Shown here: piece after piece, positions 20,985-30,412 of the stretch
How positions within the stretch are numbered: the first letter of the stretch is position 1
Layout of the letters: every line of letters begins with the position of its first letter
DNA from: Lachnospiraceae bacterium
Lineage (GTDB): Bacteria; Bacillota; Clostridia; Lachnospirales; Lachnospiraceae
NCBI GenBank assembly: GCA_045639745.1
Contig: JAZUDQ010000034.1
Location: 1 to 31,567, forward strand
DNA length: 31,567 nucleotides
Reading direction: 5' to 3'
Translations under genes and position numbers: made by a program
The notes under the pieces: generated by a model
What the model was told of the DNA's origin: nothing
Database searches by the model: none
Seen by the model: the letters and a program-made list of their open reading frames with translations, nothing else

Positions 20985-22655
20985 TCAAACCTCAATAATA
21001 ATCGGAAGAATCATGGGTTTTCTCTTGGTCTTTTTCCAAATAAATTCACCCAGATTATCCTTAATAATACTTTTCATACGATTCCAGTCTGCCAACTTGT
21101 CCGCATGTGTCTCAAGTGCAGTCGTGACCACCATCTTTGCTTCTTCAAGCAGTTCCTCTGCTTCCTTTACATAAACAAAGCCCCTTGATGAAACCTCCGG
21201 TCCGGAAACAAGCTGCCCGTTGTATCCGTCCAGCGCAATAACAACAACGACGATGCCTTCGTCCGCAAGTTTCTGTCGGTCTCTCAATACTACATTACCG
21301 ACATCACCGACACCAAGACCGTCCACAAGAATAGCTCCGCTTGTTACGACGCCTGTCTTTTCGGCCTTCTCATTTTTAAATGTAAGAACATCACCGCTCT
21401 TTAAAATAAAAATATTATCCTTATCTATACCGAGTTCTTCGGCAATCTTGGCCTGCGCCATAAGATGCTTATATTCTCCGTGTACCGGTATCGAATATTT
21501 AGGCTGAGTTAACGAATAAATAAGCTTAATTTCTTCCTTACATGCGTGTCCCGACACATGAGTATCCTGAAATACAACATCCGCGCCCTTCTTGAACAGC
21601 TCGTTAATAATCTTTGTAACCGCCTTCTCATTACCGGGAATGGGATGAGATGAAAATATAATCGTATCCTTAGGTCCGATAGAAACCTTTCTGTGAGTAC
21701 CGTTAGCCATACGCGACAAGGCTGCCAGTCTCTCTGCCTGAGACCCGGTTGTAATTATAACCGTCTTTTCATCAGGATAATTCTTCAGCATTGACACATC
21801 TACGAGGGTATCCTTCGGTATATTAAGATACTCGAGGTTCACGGCAGTTTCTATTATATTTACCATGCTGCGTCCCTCTATTGCCACTTTGCGTCCGAAT
21901 TCATATGCCGTATTTATTATCTGCTGAACCCTGTCGACATTAGATGCAAAAGTTGCAACTATTATCCTTGTATTCTTATTCTCGTCAAATATATTACGAA
22001 GTGTCTGACCTACCGTTCTCTCCGATGGTGTAAATCCGCTTCTCTCCGCATTTGTAGAATCACACATCAGTGCAAGCACGCCTTTTTTTCCAAGTTCCGC
22101 AAACCTTTGAAGATCTATTGCATCTCCGTATATCGGCGTATAGTCAACCTTGAAGTCACCCGTATGAATAATTATTCCCTGCGGAGTATATATCGCTAGC
22201 GCTGCCGCATCAACTATACTGTGATTGGTCTTAATAAACTCAATGTGAAAATCTCCAAGGGTAATTGTTTGACCGAATTTAATAACTTTCCTTACAACCT
22301 TATCAAGGAAGCCGTGTTCTTCGAGCTTGCGCTCAATAATGCCCATCGTTAGTTTCGTTGCATATACCGGCACATTAATATCTCTGAGCACATACGGAAG
22401 AGCACCTATATGATCTTCATGTGCATGGGTTATCACAAACCCTTTAATCCTTTCTATGTTATCCCTTAAATATGAAACATCCGGGATAACAAGGTCAACG
22501 CCAAACATATCATCTTCCGGAAAGCCAAGCCCGCAATCCACGATAAATATGCTATCTGCTGTCTCAAACGCGGTAATATTCATTCCTATCTGCTCTAATC
22601 CGCCGAGCGGAATAACTCTTACGCTTTGAGTGCATTCATCAATAACTTTCTTCAA
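20985..22655 (-). CDS. rnj: Ribonuclease J
   Basis: 556 aa with N-terminal VIPLGGLEQIGMN, the metallo-beta-lactamase motif THAHEDHIG, a beta-CASP region and HVSGHA. The length matches RNase J1/J2. TTG start with AAAGG upstream. Confidence 0.95.
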   Translation of the reverse strand: MKKVIDECTQSVRVIPLGGLEQIGMNITAFETADSIFIVDCGLGFPEDDMFGVDLVIPDVSYLRDNIERIKGFVITHAHEDHIGALPYVLRDINVPVYATKLTMGIIERKLEEHGFLDKVVRKVIKFGQTITLGDFHIEFIKTNHSIVDAAALAIYTPQGIIIHTGDFKVDYTPIYGDAIDLQRFAELGKKGVLALMCDSTNAERSGFTPSERTVGQTLRNIFDENKNTRIIVATFASNVDRVQQIINTAYEFGRKVAIEGRSMVNIIETAVNLEYLNIPKDTLVDVSMLKNYPDEKTVIITTGSQAERLAALSRMANGTHRKVSIGPKDTIIFSSHPIPGNEKAVTKIINELFKKGADVVFQDTHVSGHACKEEIKLIYSLTQPKYSIPVHGEYKHLMAQAKIAEELGIDKDNIFILKSGDVLTFKNEKAEKTGVVTSGAILVDGLGVGDVGNVVLRDRQKLADEGIVVVVIALDGYNGQLVSGPEVSSRGFVYVKEAEELLEEAKMVVTTALETHADKLADWNRMKSIIKDNLGEFIWKKTKRKPMILPIIIEV

Positions 22656-22675
22656 TTTTTTTACCTTTCTGATAT

Positions 22676-22933
22676 TTATTCTGTCGTAAAACTGATATCA
22701 TCAAGTAAGCTTTCAAAAACTTTGGATACGGCCTGAAGTTCATTGTCATCAGAAACAACTTCAAAAACTGCTTCCGTATCTTCCTTTTTTGATAAGTCCT
22801 TAAGTATCAGTGCATCACAGTCTCCTTCTTCACTCTCGGTTGCAAGAAAATAATCAACGCCTCCGATTGTTGTCTGCTCTATTACATAGAGTTCAATTTT
22901 TTGTCCTTCATCCGAAAATGTGATTTTCTCCAT
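22676..22933 (-). CDS. DUF1292 domain protein (YrzB family)
   Basis: 85 aa, acidic. ITFSDEGQKIELYVIEQTTIGGVDYFLA...VSDDNELQAVSKVFESLL fits the DUF1292 pattern. Synteny with ruvX is as in B. subtilis yrzB. A GAGGAG RBS is present. Confidence 0.82.
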   Translation of the reverse strand: MEKITFSDEGQKIELYVIEQTTIGGVDYFLATESEEGDCDALILKDLSKKEDTEAVFEVVSDDNELQAVSKVFESLLDDISFTTE

Positions 22934-22968
22934 AATCTTAAAATCTCCTCATTTTCATTAATCTGCCG

Positions 22969-23403
22969 CTACTTTTTCTGAGAAGCCAAATAGTCAAGAT
23001 ATCCCTGAAGTATAAATACCGCAGCAATCTCATCGACATATTCTTTTCTGTTCTCTCTTCTTATGCCGGCATCCATCATGTATCGATCGGCTGCAACGGT
23101 AGTCAGTCTCTCATCCCAAAATATAACGGAAAGTCCCGTACGTCTTTCAAGATCTGCTGCAAAGGCCTTAGTCTTCTCAACTCTGTCACCTTCACTTCCG
23201 TCCATATTTTTGGGCAAACCAAGAACTATGGTATCCGCTCCGGTTTCTTCGATAATCTCTTCTATACGGGCATATGTTTTTCTGAGTTTATCCTCACGAT
23301 CTCTCCTGATAATCTCTTTGCCCTGAGCCGTACAAAGCAGTCCGTCGCTTACAGCCACGCCTACGGTCTTACTTCCGAAATCAAGTCCTATTATCTTCTG
23401 CAT
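22969..23403 (-). CDS. ruvX: Holliday junction resolvase-like / pre-16S rRNA nuclease RuvX (YqgF)
   Basis: MQKIIGLDFGSKTVGVAVSD, LGLPKNMDGS, WDERLTT and AAVFILQGYLD match YqgF/YrrK closely. ATG 23403 shares one nucleotide with the ireB stop (TGATG) and has a GGGGAGAA RBS. The track start 23424 is less likely. Confidence 0.93.
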   Translation of the reverse strand: MQKIIGLDFGSKTVGVAVSDGLLCTAQGKEIIRRDREDKLRKTYARIEEIIEETGADTIVLGLPKNMDGSEGDRVEKTKAFAADLERRTGLSVIFWDERLTTVAADRYMMDAGIRRENRKEYVDEIAAVFILQGYLDYLASQKK

Positions 23404-23678
23404 CAGTCGTTCTCCCCGCCCCAATTATTAAATTGTATATAAGCAGTTAAAAGTTCTTCGACAAGTTCATCTCTCTCTGCTTTCATAATAATTGAACGGG
23501 CATTTTTATAACTCGTTATGTATGTGGGATCACCGGACATTATATATCCCACTATCTGATTAACAGGATTATATCCCTTCTCCGAAAGTGCATCATACAC
23601 TTCTTTAATAATGTTTCTAACACTGTCTTCAGGCTCTGTCTGAACTTTAAAAAATTGTGTGTTTGAAATATCACCCAT
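23403..23678 (-). CDS. ireB: IreB family regulatory phosphoprotein (UPF0297/YrzL)
   Basis: The 91-aa sequence EVYDALSEKGYNPVNQIVGYIMSGDPTYITSYKNARSIIMKAERDELVEELL is near-collinear with B. subtilis YrzL. An AAGGAG RBS is present. Confidence 0.9.
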   Translation of the reverse strand: MGDISNTQFFKVQTEPEDSVRNIIKEVYDALSEKGYNPVNQIVGYIMSGDPTYITSYKNARSIIMKAERDELVEELLTAYIQFNNWGGEND

Positions 23679-23745
23679 ATACCATTCTCCTTATTTCTTA
23701 ATAATAGCCCTTATGGCATACATAGTTAATTTTATCATAAATAAA

Positions 23746-25110
23746 TCAACAGTAACAAGAAATTTCACCCAGCATAACATCTTCCTTCAGAAATCCCGTT
23801 ACTTTTACATCTGCCAATGTATTTTCCTTTATCGTATCTGTCTGTACCGCTACTTTTACATATTCCGGGGTATGGCCTATCATATATTTTCCGTTATCAA
23901 ACTCTTTTTCTTCTTCAAACAGAACAGGAAGTGTCTTTCCCAAATAAAATCTTCTGAATTCCGACGAAATGCATCTTTCCATCGCCTCCAGTTCGTCAGA
24001 TCTCTCCGCCTTCTCCTTTTCCGTAAGCTGATTCGGCAAAGAAGCCGCTATGGTTCCGGCTCTCTTGGAATACTTAAAAATATGAGTCTCATAAAATTGA
24101 ATTTTTTCCAGATATGTCTTTGTCTCCTGAAATTCTTCTTTTGTCTCCCCCGGAAATCCTACAATTATATCCGTTGTAATTCCCGGATGGTTGAAATATT
24201 TTCTGAGAAGATTTACCCTTTCATAAAATTCATCACAGTCATAATGTCTGTTCATTCGTTTCAGAGTACTGTTGCACCCGCTCTGAAGAGATAAGTGAAA
24301 ATGAGGACACAACTTAGTTATTTCCGACAGATTTTTCACAAAATCTTCACTCATAATGCGAGGTTCCAAAGAACCGAGTCTTATTCTTTCCACGCCTTCA
24401 ACTTCATTTATTGATTTTATTACCTCGAGAAGAAGCTCCGGCTCAAATCTGTCGGCACATTTCTTCTTATTCTCATCGGTAAAATCGCTTCCGTAAGAAC
24501 TGATATGAATTCCGGTAACCACTATTTCCTTATATCCGTTTGAAGCTAACATTTTTACTTCATTGATGATATCATCTTTTCTTCTGCTTCTAACACGACC
24601 TCTCGCAAAAGGAATAATGCAATATGTACAGAACTGATTGCATCCGTCCTGTATTTTAATAAATGCTCTTGTGTGCTCATCAGCACGTTCTATCAACATA
24701 TCATCATATCGATTGTCAATAGCTTCATCTCTTATAACTTTACTGCCTGTCTTCAGGATTTCATAATTATCCGTAATTATATTCGCTATATTACCCTTAA
24801 GGTTGTTTCCCACATATAAATCCGCACACTCATTCTCAAGTTCGGAAGTTTTTCTTGTTTCTGCATAACAGCCGGTTGCAACAATAAATGCCTCGGGATT
24901 ATTTTTTCTTGCACGTGAAATCATCTGACGGCTTTTTCTGTCGGCAATATTGGTTACGGAGCAGGTATTTATTATATAAATATCCGCCTTTTCTTCAAAA
25001 GGTACAATTACACAACCTCTTTCGGCCAATTCTCTTTTCATGGCATCCGTTTCATAGGAATTAACCTTGCAACCCAAATTATGAAATGCTATTTTTTTAT
25101 TTTCTAACAT
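23746..25110 (-). CDS. mtaB: tRNA threonylcarbamoyladenosine (t6A37) methylthiotransferase MtaB
   Basis: N-terminal KIAFHNLGCKVNSYETDAM (MtaB-type UPF0004 domain), the radical-SAM motif CNQFCTYCIIP, and a C-terminal TRAM-like region. Confidence 0.9.
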   Translation of the reverse strand: MLENKKIAFHNLGCKVNSYETDAMKRELAERGCVIVPFEEKADIYIINTCSVTNIADRKSRQMISRARKNNPEAFIVATGCYAETRKTSELENECADLYVGNNLKGNIANIITDNYEILKTGSKVIRDEAIDNRYDDMLIERADEHTRAFIKIQDGCNQFCTYCIIPFARGRVRSRRKDDIINEVKMLASNGYKEIVVTGIHISSYGSDFTDENKKKCADRFEPELLLEVIKSINEVEGVERIRLGSLEPRIMSEDFVKNLSEITKLCPHFHLSLQSGCNSTLKRMNRHYDCDEFYERVNLLRKYFNHPGITTDIIVGFPGETKEEFQETKTYLEKIQFYETHIFKYSKRAGTIAASLPNQLTEKEKAERSDELEAMERCISSEFRRFYLGKTLPVLFEEEKEFDNGKYMIGHTPEYVKVAVQTDTIKENTLADVKVTGFLKEDVMLGEISCYC

Positions 25111-25134
25111 CTGAAAAATACTCCGTATCTTATG

Positions 25135-25163
25135 TTGACTTATTATTATCGTTGCACTAATAT
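25135..25163 (+). promoter_or_regulatory. Sigma-A-type promoter for the HPr-like gene
   Basis: TTGACT (25135..25140), a 17-nt spacer, then TAATAT (25158..25163). An AGGAGG RBS follows at about 25181 and the ATG at 25192. Confidence 0.55.
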
Positions 25164-25191
25164 TATTTTAAAAATATACTAGGAGGCTGAC

Positions 25192-25419
25192 ATGATAACA
25201 GTTCAGATATCACTTAATTCTATCGATAAAGTTAAAACATTCGTTAATGAAATATCTAAATTTGATTTTGATTTAATTTCCGGAAGATATGTTATTGATG
25301 CCAAGTCAATCATGGGTATCTTCAGTCTTGACCTTTCAAAGCCGATTCAGCTCAATGTACATACTCAGGAAGATAATCAGGAGATAATGGATATTCTTGC
25401 TCCTTATATTATCGAATAA
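25192..25419 (+). CDS. Small HPr-fold protein lacking the His15 phosphorylation site
   Basis: 75 aa. VIDAKSIMGIFSLDLSKPIQL aligns with the HPr/Crh segment VNLKSIMGVMSLG around Ser46. The N-terminal region (ISLNSIDKVKTFV) has no His or GxHARPA motif. It has a strong AGGAGG RBS, its own promoter and a terminator. Confidence 0.7.
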   Translation: MITVQISLNSIDKVKTFVNEISKFDFDLISGRYVIDAKSIMGIFSLDLSKPIQLNVHTQEDNQEIMDILAPYIIE

Positions 25420-25472
25420 TCATTAAATCATTTTAAGCTTTATCTGTAAACGTGTCATTTATTTTATTTAAT

Positions 25473-25503
25473 AAAAAAGCACTCCTTGTCGGGGTGCTTT
25501 TTA
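25473..25503. terminator. Bidirectional rho-independent terminator between the convergent HPr-like and DJ-1 genes
   Basis: AAAAAAGCACTCC-TTGTC-GGGGTGCTTTTT. The stem is about 8 bp (one G-U pair) with a 5-nt loop, flanked by an A-run and a T-run, so it reads as hairpin plus U-tract on both strands. Confidence 0.8.
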
Positions 25504-25519
25504 TAATTATTTATTAAGT

Positions 25520-26077
25520 TTATCCCTTGAACACTATAGATTCCGATATTGTATCGGCTTTTTCACGACTATCCAGGACCTCTACAATCTTAAGAGCGAA
25601 TGCAATGGCTGTACCGACTCCGCGACTGGTAATAAACCTTCCGTCAACACACACTTCATCCGTAACCCATTCAGAACAATCAAGTTTATCTTCCATACCG
25701 GGATAACATGTCGCTTTACTGTCTTTCAGAAGTCCCGCCTCTCCGAGCACCGTAGGTGCGGCACATATTGCAGCTACATATTTTTTATTTCTATTCATCA
25801 GTTCAAGAGCGGCTGCAACATCCCTACTCTTCTTCAGATTAAGAGTTCCCGGCATTCCTCCGGGAAGGACCAGCATATCACATTTATCAAACTCTGTAGC
25901 ACTTATTACGCTGTCAGCCTGTATCTCTATTCCGTGAGAACCTCTGACCTTAAGGCTGTCCGATATCGAAATCATATTGGCCGAAAATCCAGCTCGTCTC
26001 AAAATATCAACAACCGTAAGCGCTTCGACTTCTTCAAATCCCTCTGCAAATAAAATATTGACCGTAACATTACTCAT
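25520..26077 (-). CDS. DJ-1/PfpI family protein (ThiJ/YajL-like)
   Basis: Motifs are LFAEGFEEVEAL, LVLPGGMPG and the nucleophile-elbow Cys in AAICAAPTVLG. ATG 26077 (MSNVTVNILF) has GGAG about 10 nt upstream. The track start 26092 is TTG. Confidence 0.9.
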   Translation of the reverse strand: MSNVTVNILFAEGFEEVEALTVVDILRRAGFSANMISISDSLKVRGSHGIEIQADSVISATEFDKCDMLVLPGGMPGTLNLKKSRDVAAALELMNRNKKYVAAICAAPTVLGEAGLLKDSKATCYPGMEDKLDCSEWVTDEVCVDGRFITSRGVGTAIAFALKIVEVLDSREKADTISESIVFKG

Positions 26078-26107
26078 TTTCAAATACTCCAAATTTCCAT
26101 AGACAAA

Positions 26108-26142
26108 CAGAAAACTTCACCCTTCTTAAACAGAGGGTGAAG
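26108..26142 (-). terminator. Rho-independent terminator after glnA
   Basis: The minus strand reads CUUCACCCU-CUGUUUAAGA-AGGGUGAAG followed by UUUUCUGUUUG. This gives a 9-bp stem and a 10-nt loop, starting 7 nt after the glnA stop. Confidence 0.8.
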
Positions 26143-26149
26143 CTTGTTA

Positions 26150-27574
26150 TTATACATTGTAATAATTATCAAATTCCGCAGGATGAGGAATGGCATTAAA
26201 TTTTTTGCATTCTTCTCTCTTAATCTTAATAATATTATCAATAAGTTCCTTCGGGAATACACCTCCCTGAAGGAGATATTCATTATCATTCTCAAGTGCA
26301 TCAAGTGCTTCCTCAAGCCTTGAAGGAAGCCCTTTGAGTTTCTTCTTCTCTTCCTCGGGAAGTTCGAAGAGATTCATATCATAAGGTCCCCATCCGTTCT
26401 CATGAGGATCAATCTTATTCTTAATTCCGTCAAGGCCGGCCATAAGTATGGCAGCATATGCAAAATACGGATTACATGTTGCGTCGGGATTTCTAAGTTC
26501 GAATCTTCTCTCCTTGGGAGTCTTTGCATATGCCGGAATTCTGATAACCGCACTTCTGTTACTTGTAGCATATCCTACAGTAACCGGCGCCTCGAATCCG
26601 GGAACAAGTCTTTTGAATGAATTGGTTGAAGGGTTGGTAATTGCACAAAGCGATGCAATATGTTTAAGAAGACCGCCCATAAAATAATGAGCATCCTTCG
26701 ATAAATGCGAATAGCCTTCATCATCCGAGAATACAGGTTCGCCATCTTTAAGAAGAAGCATATGAACATGCATACCGCTTCCCGCTTCACCATACACCGG
26801 TTTAGGCATAAATGTTGCTGTCTTACCGTATCTTGCCGCAACATTTCTGATAATATATTTTATCATCACAGTTGCATCAGCCATCTTTGACATTTGTCCC
26901 AATTTGGGTTCTATCTCAAACTGTCCTGCAGATCCGACTTCAGGATGATGATACTTTACAGATATACCTGCTTTCTCAATCTCCATACACATTTCACTTC
27001 TGCATTCAAAACTGGTATCAAGCGGCTTAGCAATATGATAACTCTTCTGCTCTTTTATAACATTACCGTTTCCTTCCACGGAACTGTTCCAAGATGCCTG
27101 AGAAGCATCTACATTCGATGCTATTGTACTATGACTTACTTCCCAGGAAACATCATCAAAAAGGTAAAATTCGAATTCGGGAAGTATCATCATTGTATCG
27201 GCAATACCGGTACTCTTCATATAATCTTCGGCAGCCTGTACTATATTTCTCGGATATTGTGCCAGAGGTCTGTTAGAAGGGTAATCAATAATCATTGCAT
27301 TGCCTGTCATTGAAAGTGTGGGAATCTCACAAAAAGGATCTACGACAGCAGTTTCCGGATCCGGAATAAATACCATATCAGACTTTTCAACTACTGCATA
27401 TCCATAATTGGATGCATCAAATCCTATACCGTCCCTTATCAATTCTTCATTAAAATTCTCCGCGGGAATGGTAACGTGTCTGAACTGTCCATTTATATCT
27501 ACCATTTTGAAATCAATCATCTTGATATCTTCGGCTCTGATAATCTGCATGACATCCTGTACTGTTTTAGTCAT
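26150..27574 (-). CDS. glnA: Glutamine synthetase type I (GSI-beta-like architecture)
   Basis: 474 aa, collinear with E. coli GlnA from memory (KTATFMPKP, GSGMH.H, NP.TNS.KRLVPG.EAP, NRSA.IRIP, NPY..FAA.LMAGLDGIKNKI). It includes the beta-type insertion region after PEFEFYLFDD. An AAGGAGGG RBS is present. Confidence 0.95.
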   Translation of the reverse strand: MTKTVQDVMQIIRAEDIKMIDFKMVDINGQFRHVTIPAENFNEELIRDGIGFDASNYGYAVVEKSDMVFIPDPETAVVDPFCEIPTLSMTGNAMIIDYPSNRPLAQYPRNIVQAAEDYMKSTGIADTMMILPEFEFYLFDDVSWEVSHSTIASNVDASQASWNSSVEGNGNVIKEQKSYHIAKPLDTSFECRSEMCMEIEKAGISVKYHHPEVGSAGQFEIEPKLGQMSKMADATVMIKYIIRNVAARYGKTATFMPKPVYGEAGSGMHVHMLLLKDGEPVFSDDEGYSHLSKDAHYFMGGLLKHIASLCAITNPSTNSFKRLVPGFEAPVTVGYATSNRSAVIRIPAYAKTPKERRFELRNPDATCNPYFAYAAILMAGLDGIKNKIDPHENGWGPYDMNLFELPEEEKKKLKGLPSRLEEALDALENDNEYLLQGGVFPKELIDNIIKIKREECKKFNAIPHPAEFDNYYNV

Positions 27575-27709
27575 TTGTAACCCTCCTTAAGCTTAATGCT
27601 ATAAATATAAGACCCTTTTATTTTTTCACATATGAAACAAAAAATCAATTTATTTTATAAAAAAAGAAGACTTCCAAGTACTGCCAAAGAGTAGAAATTA
27701 CAATATCAA

Positions 27710-27738
27710 TTGACTTTAATCTTCATCACTTCTATAAT
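27710..27738 (+). promoter_or_regulatory. Near-consensus sigma-A promoter for queT
   Basis: TTGACT (27710..27715), a 17-nt spacer, then TATAAT (27733..27738). The predicted TSS is near 27745. Confidence 0.7.
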
Positions 27739-27742
27739 AACC

Positions 27743-27786
27743 ACGTCAGTTCGAAACCTTCCTGTCGTAAAACAAAACTAGAGGAG
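27743..27786 (+). ncRNA. Probable preQ1-I-type riboswitch (translational, SD-sequestering) in the queT leader
   Basis: The leader reads ACGUCAG-UUCGAAACCUUC-CUGUCGU-AAAACAAAACUAGAGGAG. It has a short hairpin (6 WC pairs plus one U-U mismatch). The loop starts with UUC and ends with a C directly 5' of the 3' stem strand. An A-rich tail ...ACAAAACUA runs into the SD. This is the same layout as the remembered class I aptamers from B. subtilis queC (AGAGGUUCUAGCUACACCCUCUAUAAAAAACUAAGG) and T. tengcongensis queT (CUGGGUCGCAGUAACCCCAGUUAACAAAACAAGG). Context fits: it starts right after the TSS and sits upstream of queT. Confidence 0.55.
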
Positions 27787-27792
27787 TTAAAA

Positions 27793-28311
27793 ATGAATAA
27801 AAAAAATAACCGAACTCTGTATATTACAGAGTCTGCTTTAATTGCCGCTCTCTATACGGTTCTTACTATATTTATCAATACATTTAATCTTGCAGGCGGT
27901 ATTATTCAACTGCGAATCTCAGAAGCCCTTACTGTTCTCCCATATTTTACATCTGCTGCCATTCCCGGGCTTTTTATCGGCTGTATTATTGGCAATATAG
28001 TTACCGGAAGTCTTTTACCTGATGTTATATTTGGTTCTCTCGCAACACTTCTCGGTGCATTTGGAACTTTTTTCATACGAAAAAAAACAAAAAATAAGTG
28101 GCTTGCCCCGGTTTCTCCCATTATGGCAAACACACTTATTATTCCTTTTATTCTTCGATATGTATACGGTTTTTCAGGTATATTACCTTATTTTATACTC
28201 ACGGTCGGAATCGGTGAATTTATATCAGCGGGAATCCTTGGTTCTATTCTTCTAAATGCTCTTAATCCCTTTAGAAATATTATTTTTAAAAGACATTTTC
28301 ATGACTCGTGA
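27793..28311 (+). CDS. queT: Queuosine precursor transporter QueT (ECF-type S component)
   Basis: 172 aa with about 5 TM helices. ITESALIAALYTVLTIF...GIIQLRISEALTVLPYF...IPGLFIGCIIGNI...DVIFGSLATLLGA is typical of the QueT family. A GAGGAG RBS is present. Confidence 0.88.
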   Translation: MNKKNNRTLYITESALIAALYTVLTIFINTFNLAGGIIQLRISEALTVLPYFTSAAIPGLFIGCIIGNIVTGSLLPDVIFGSLATLLGAFGTFFIRKKTKNKWLAPVSPIMANTLIIPFILRYVYGFSGILPYFILTVGIGEFISAGILGSILLNALNPFRNIIFKRHFHDS

Positions 28312-28365
28312 AAAATAACTGTAACAATAAGAATAAGACTTACTCGGTTCCGACTATATCAATGC

Positions 28366-28851
28366 CTACATTGTCAAATCGGAAATTATAAAATCAAAGG
28401 CTTCAATTATTAAATTGCTTGCAACCTCAACCTGACATCCCACTTTTCCGCCACTGAACAATATATCATCAAACAATTCGGCCTGCTCGTCTATGAATGT
28501 CTTAAATACTTTTTTCATACCAATCGGTGAACAACCGCCATGAATATAACCCGTAAGCGGAAGCAATTCTTTTTGTTTTATCATTTCTATATTCTTCTCT
28601 CCCGCAACCGACGCGGCCTTCTTAAGATTCAGTTCTTCCTTCACCGGAATTACATAAACATAGTGTTCACCGGACTTACCAACCGTAACAAGCGTCTTAA
28701 ATACCCTATCCGGATCCTGTCCTTGTTTTTCCGCAATTTCAACTCCGGATAAACCTTCTGCTTCACAGTAAAAACTGCTATATTCTATACCTCTGCTTTC
28801 CAGAATTCGCATTACATTGGTTTTTTCTTCTTTAGAATTGACGTTTTTCAT
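28366..28851 (-). CDS. ybaK: Cys-tRNA(Pro)/Cys-tRNA(Cys) deacylase YbaK
   Basis: 161 aa. VFKTLV, LNLKKAA and TGYIHGGCSPIGMKK are collinear with E. coli YbaK (VYKTLL, LDLKKVA, TGYLVGGISPLGQKK). A GAGAGG RBS is present. Confidence 0.88.
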   Translation of the reverse strand: MKNVNSKEEKTNVMRILESRGIEYSSFYCEAEGLSGVEIAEKQGQDPDRVFKTLVTVGKSGEHYVYVIPVKEELNLKKAASVAGEKNIEMIKQKELLPLTGYIHGGCSPIGMKKVFKTFIDEQAELFDDILFSGGKVGCQVEVASNLIIEAFDFIISDLTM

Positions 28852-29083
28852 TTGTCACACCTCTCATCACTATCATTATATTTGAATAAAAATAATTTTC
28901 CAATTGTCTTTTCATTGTTCGGATTTGTATATTTATTTTTATTTATTTTTTTCGTATAATCAATTTTGTCTTTTTATTTTCAATAGGGTAAAAATGATTT
29001 TACAGAATTCTTTTTTAGATTGTTATCATTATCACAGATAAATAAAATTATCTAATATATAAATCATATATAAGGAGAAAAAA

Positions 29084-30262
29084 ATGAAAAAAACTTTATG
29101 CAGCATTTTGGTTGGAACGATGCTTGCCGCATCCTTAATCGGCTGTGGAAAAAAAGACGCATGGATTAAAGAAGCACAAGAACAAGTTGACAGCAAATTA
29201 ACAGAAGATAACTCTACCGAATTCTATCTTAACGGTGAAGTTTATTCTTTCCCTTGCGAAGTTAGGGATTTTCTTGACAAGGGTTGGCGTTTTATAGACA
29301 ACAACGATGCTATTGAAACTTTAGAGAGAGAATATTATTGTTCAGATCCTATAACTCTGATTGATAATCACAATAACAAAATTACTGTATACGTATATAA
29401 TGATACCAGTGAAGAAATCACCTTTAAAGAAGGTTCTGTTTATCGACTTCTTTTGGAACCGAAAGCAGGTAATGTAATGGTTCCCGGTTCACTCACATTC
29501 ACAACAAAAATGGAAGAAAAAAACGATATAGATAACTATATGAATGATGATATGGAAAAAGATGGTGATGACTATACTTATTATCTTTCAGCCGATGATA
29601 ATACACCCATTAGTGTAACCTTTGAAATCACAGATTTAACTTCTACAACAGCCAACAGCTACCAGCTTACGCAAATCAGCTATTTCTATGATATACTCGG
29701 CTATTCATATGATTTTATTACCGATATGCAAACTACAATGGAAGGCGTACTTCTTAATGACCCTTCATATCTTAACGAAGCATGGCTTTATGATTGTACA
29801 CCTCAGGAATATATTGACGGTTACAGAGGCAAGGACGGATATATTACATGGTCTATGGTATGGTGTATGGGATTTGATTTTGATGAACTTACAGATGAGC
29901 AGGTTGCAATGATTGACGATATTATTGCCTATGCATATGAAAATGCCGATTTATCTATTCTTCCTTTGTCGGATGAATCTACAGCCACTATCAGCGGAAC
30001 GGTTCTTAACTTTGATGTAATTGTAATCGAAGCTCAGGAAGCACTGTTAAACGATTATCCCGATCTCGATATCAGCAATTATGAATATTCCGATGAATGC
30101 TTTGAAAAATTATATGAAGAAATGGTAGCTATATACTCTGATCCCACATTGAGCTCCTCTGCTCTTTCCATGGTAAACTACACAGCAAGCAGTGATAATG
30201 AATATTTATGGGATGATATCTTATACCTTGGAATCGGATTTGTAAATTACACTTCATATTAA
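29084..30262 (+). CDS. Lipoprotein of unknown family (paralog 1)
   Basis: 392 aa. Signal peptide with lipobox (MKKTLCSILVGTMLAASLIGC). AAGGAG RBS. It shares conserved blocks with the next gene. It is acidic, Tyr/Asp-rich and has no motif I recognise. Confidence 0.8.
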   Translation: MKKTLCSILVGTMLAASLIGCGKKDAWIKEAQEQVDSKLTEDNSTEFYLNGEVYSFPCEVRDFLDKGWRFIDNNDAIETLEREYYCSDPITLIDNHNNKITVYVYNDTSEEITFKEGSVYRLLLEPKAGNVMVPGSLTFTTKMEEKNDIDNYMNDDMEKDGDDYTYYLSADDNTPISVTFEITDLTSTTANSYQLTQISYFYDILGYSYDFITDMQTTMEGVLLNDPSYLNEAWLYDCTPQEYIDGYRGKDGYITWSMVWCMGFDFDELTDEQVAMIDDIIAYAYENADLSILPLSDESTATISGTVLNFDVIVIEAQEALLNDYPDLDISNYEYSDECFEKLYEEMVAIYSDPTLSSSALSMVNYTASSDNEYLWDDILYLGIGFVNYTSY

Positions 30263-30278
30263 TCAATGTTTCCACCAA

Positions 30279-30307
30279 ACTCCCGGATTCTTTCCGGGAG
30301 TTTTTTA
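30279..30307 (+). terminator. Rho-independent terminator after lipoprotein paralog 1
   Basis: ACTCCCGG-ATTCTTT-CCGGGAGT followed by TTTTTATTTTTT. This gives an 8-bp GC-rich stem about 17 nt after the stop. Confidence 0.85.
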
Positions 30308-30412
30308 TTTTTTCTAATGAATTTACATAATAAGTCATTTTCCTATTGTTTCGTGATATTATGTTTGTTAGCCACTATACAGTAGCTTAATGATATATCA
30401 AGGAGAATTTTC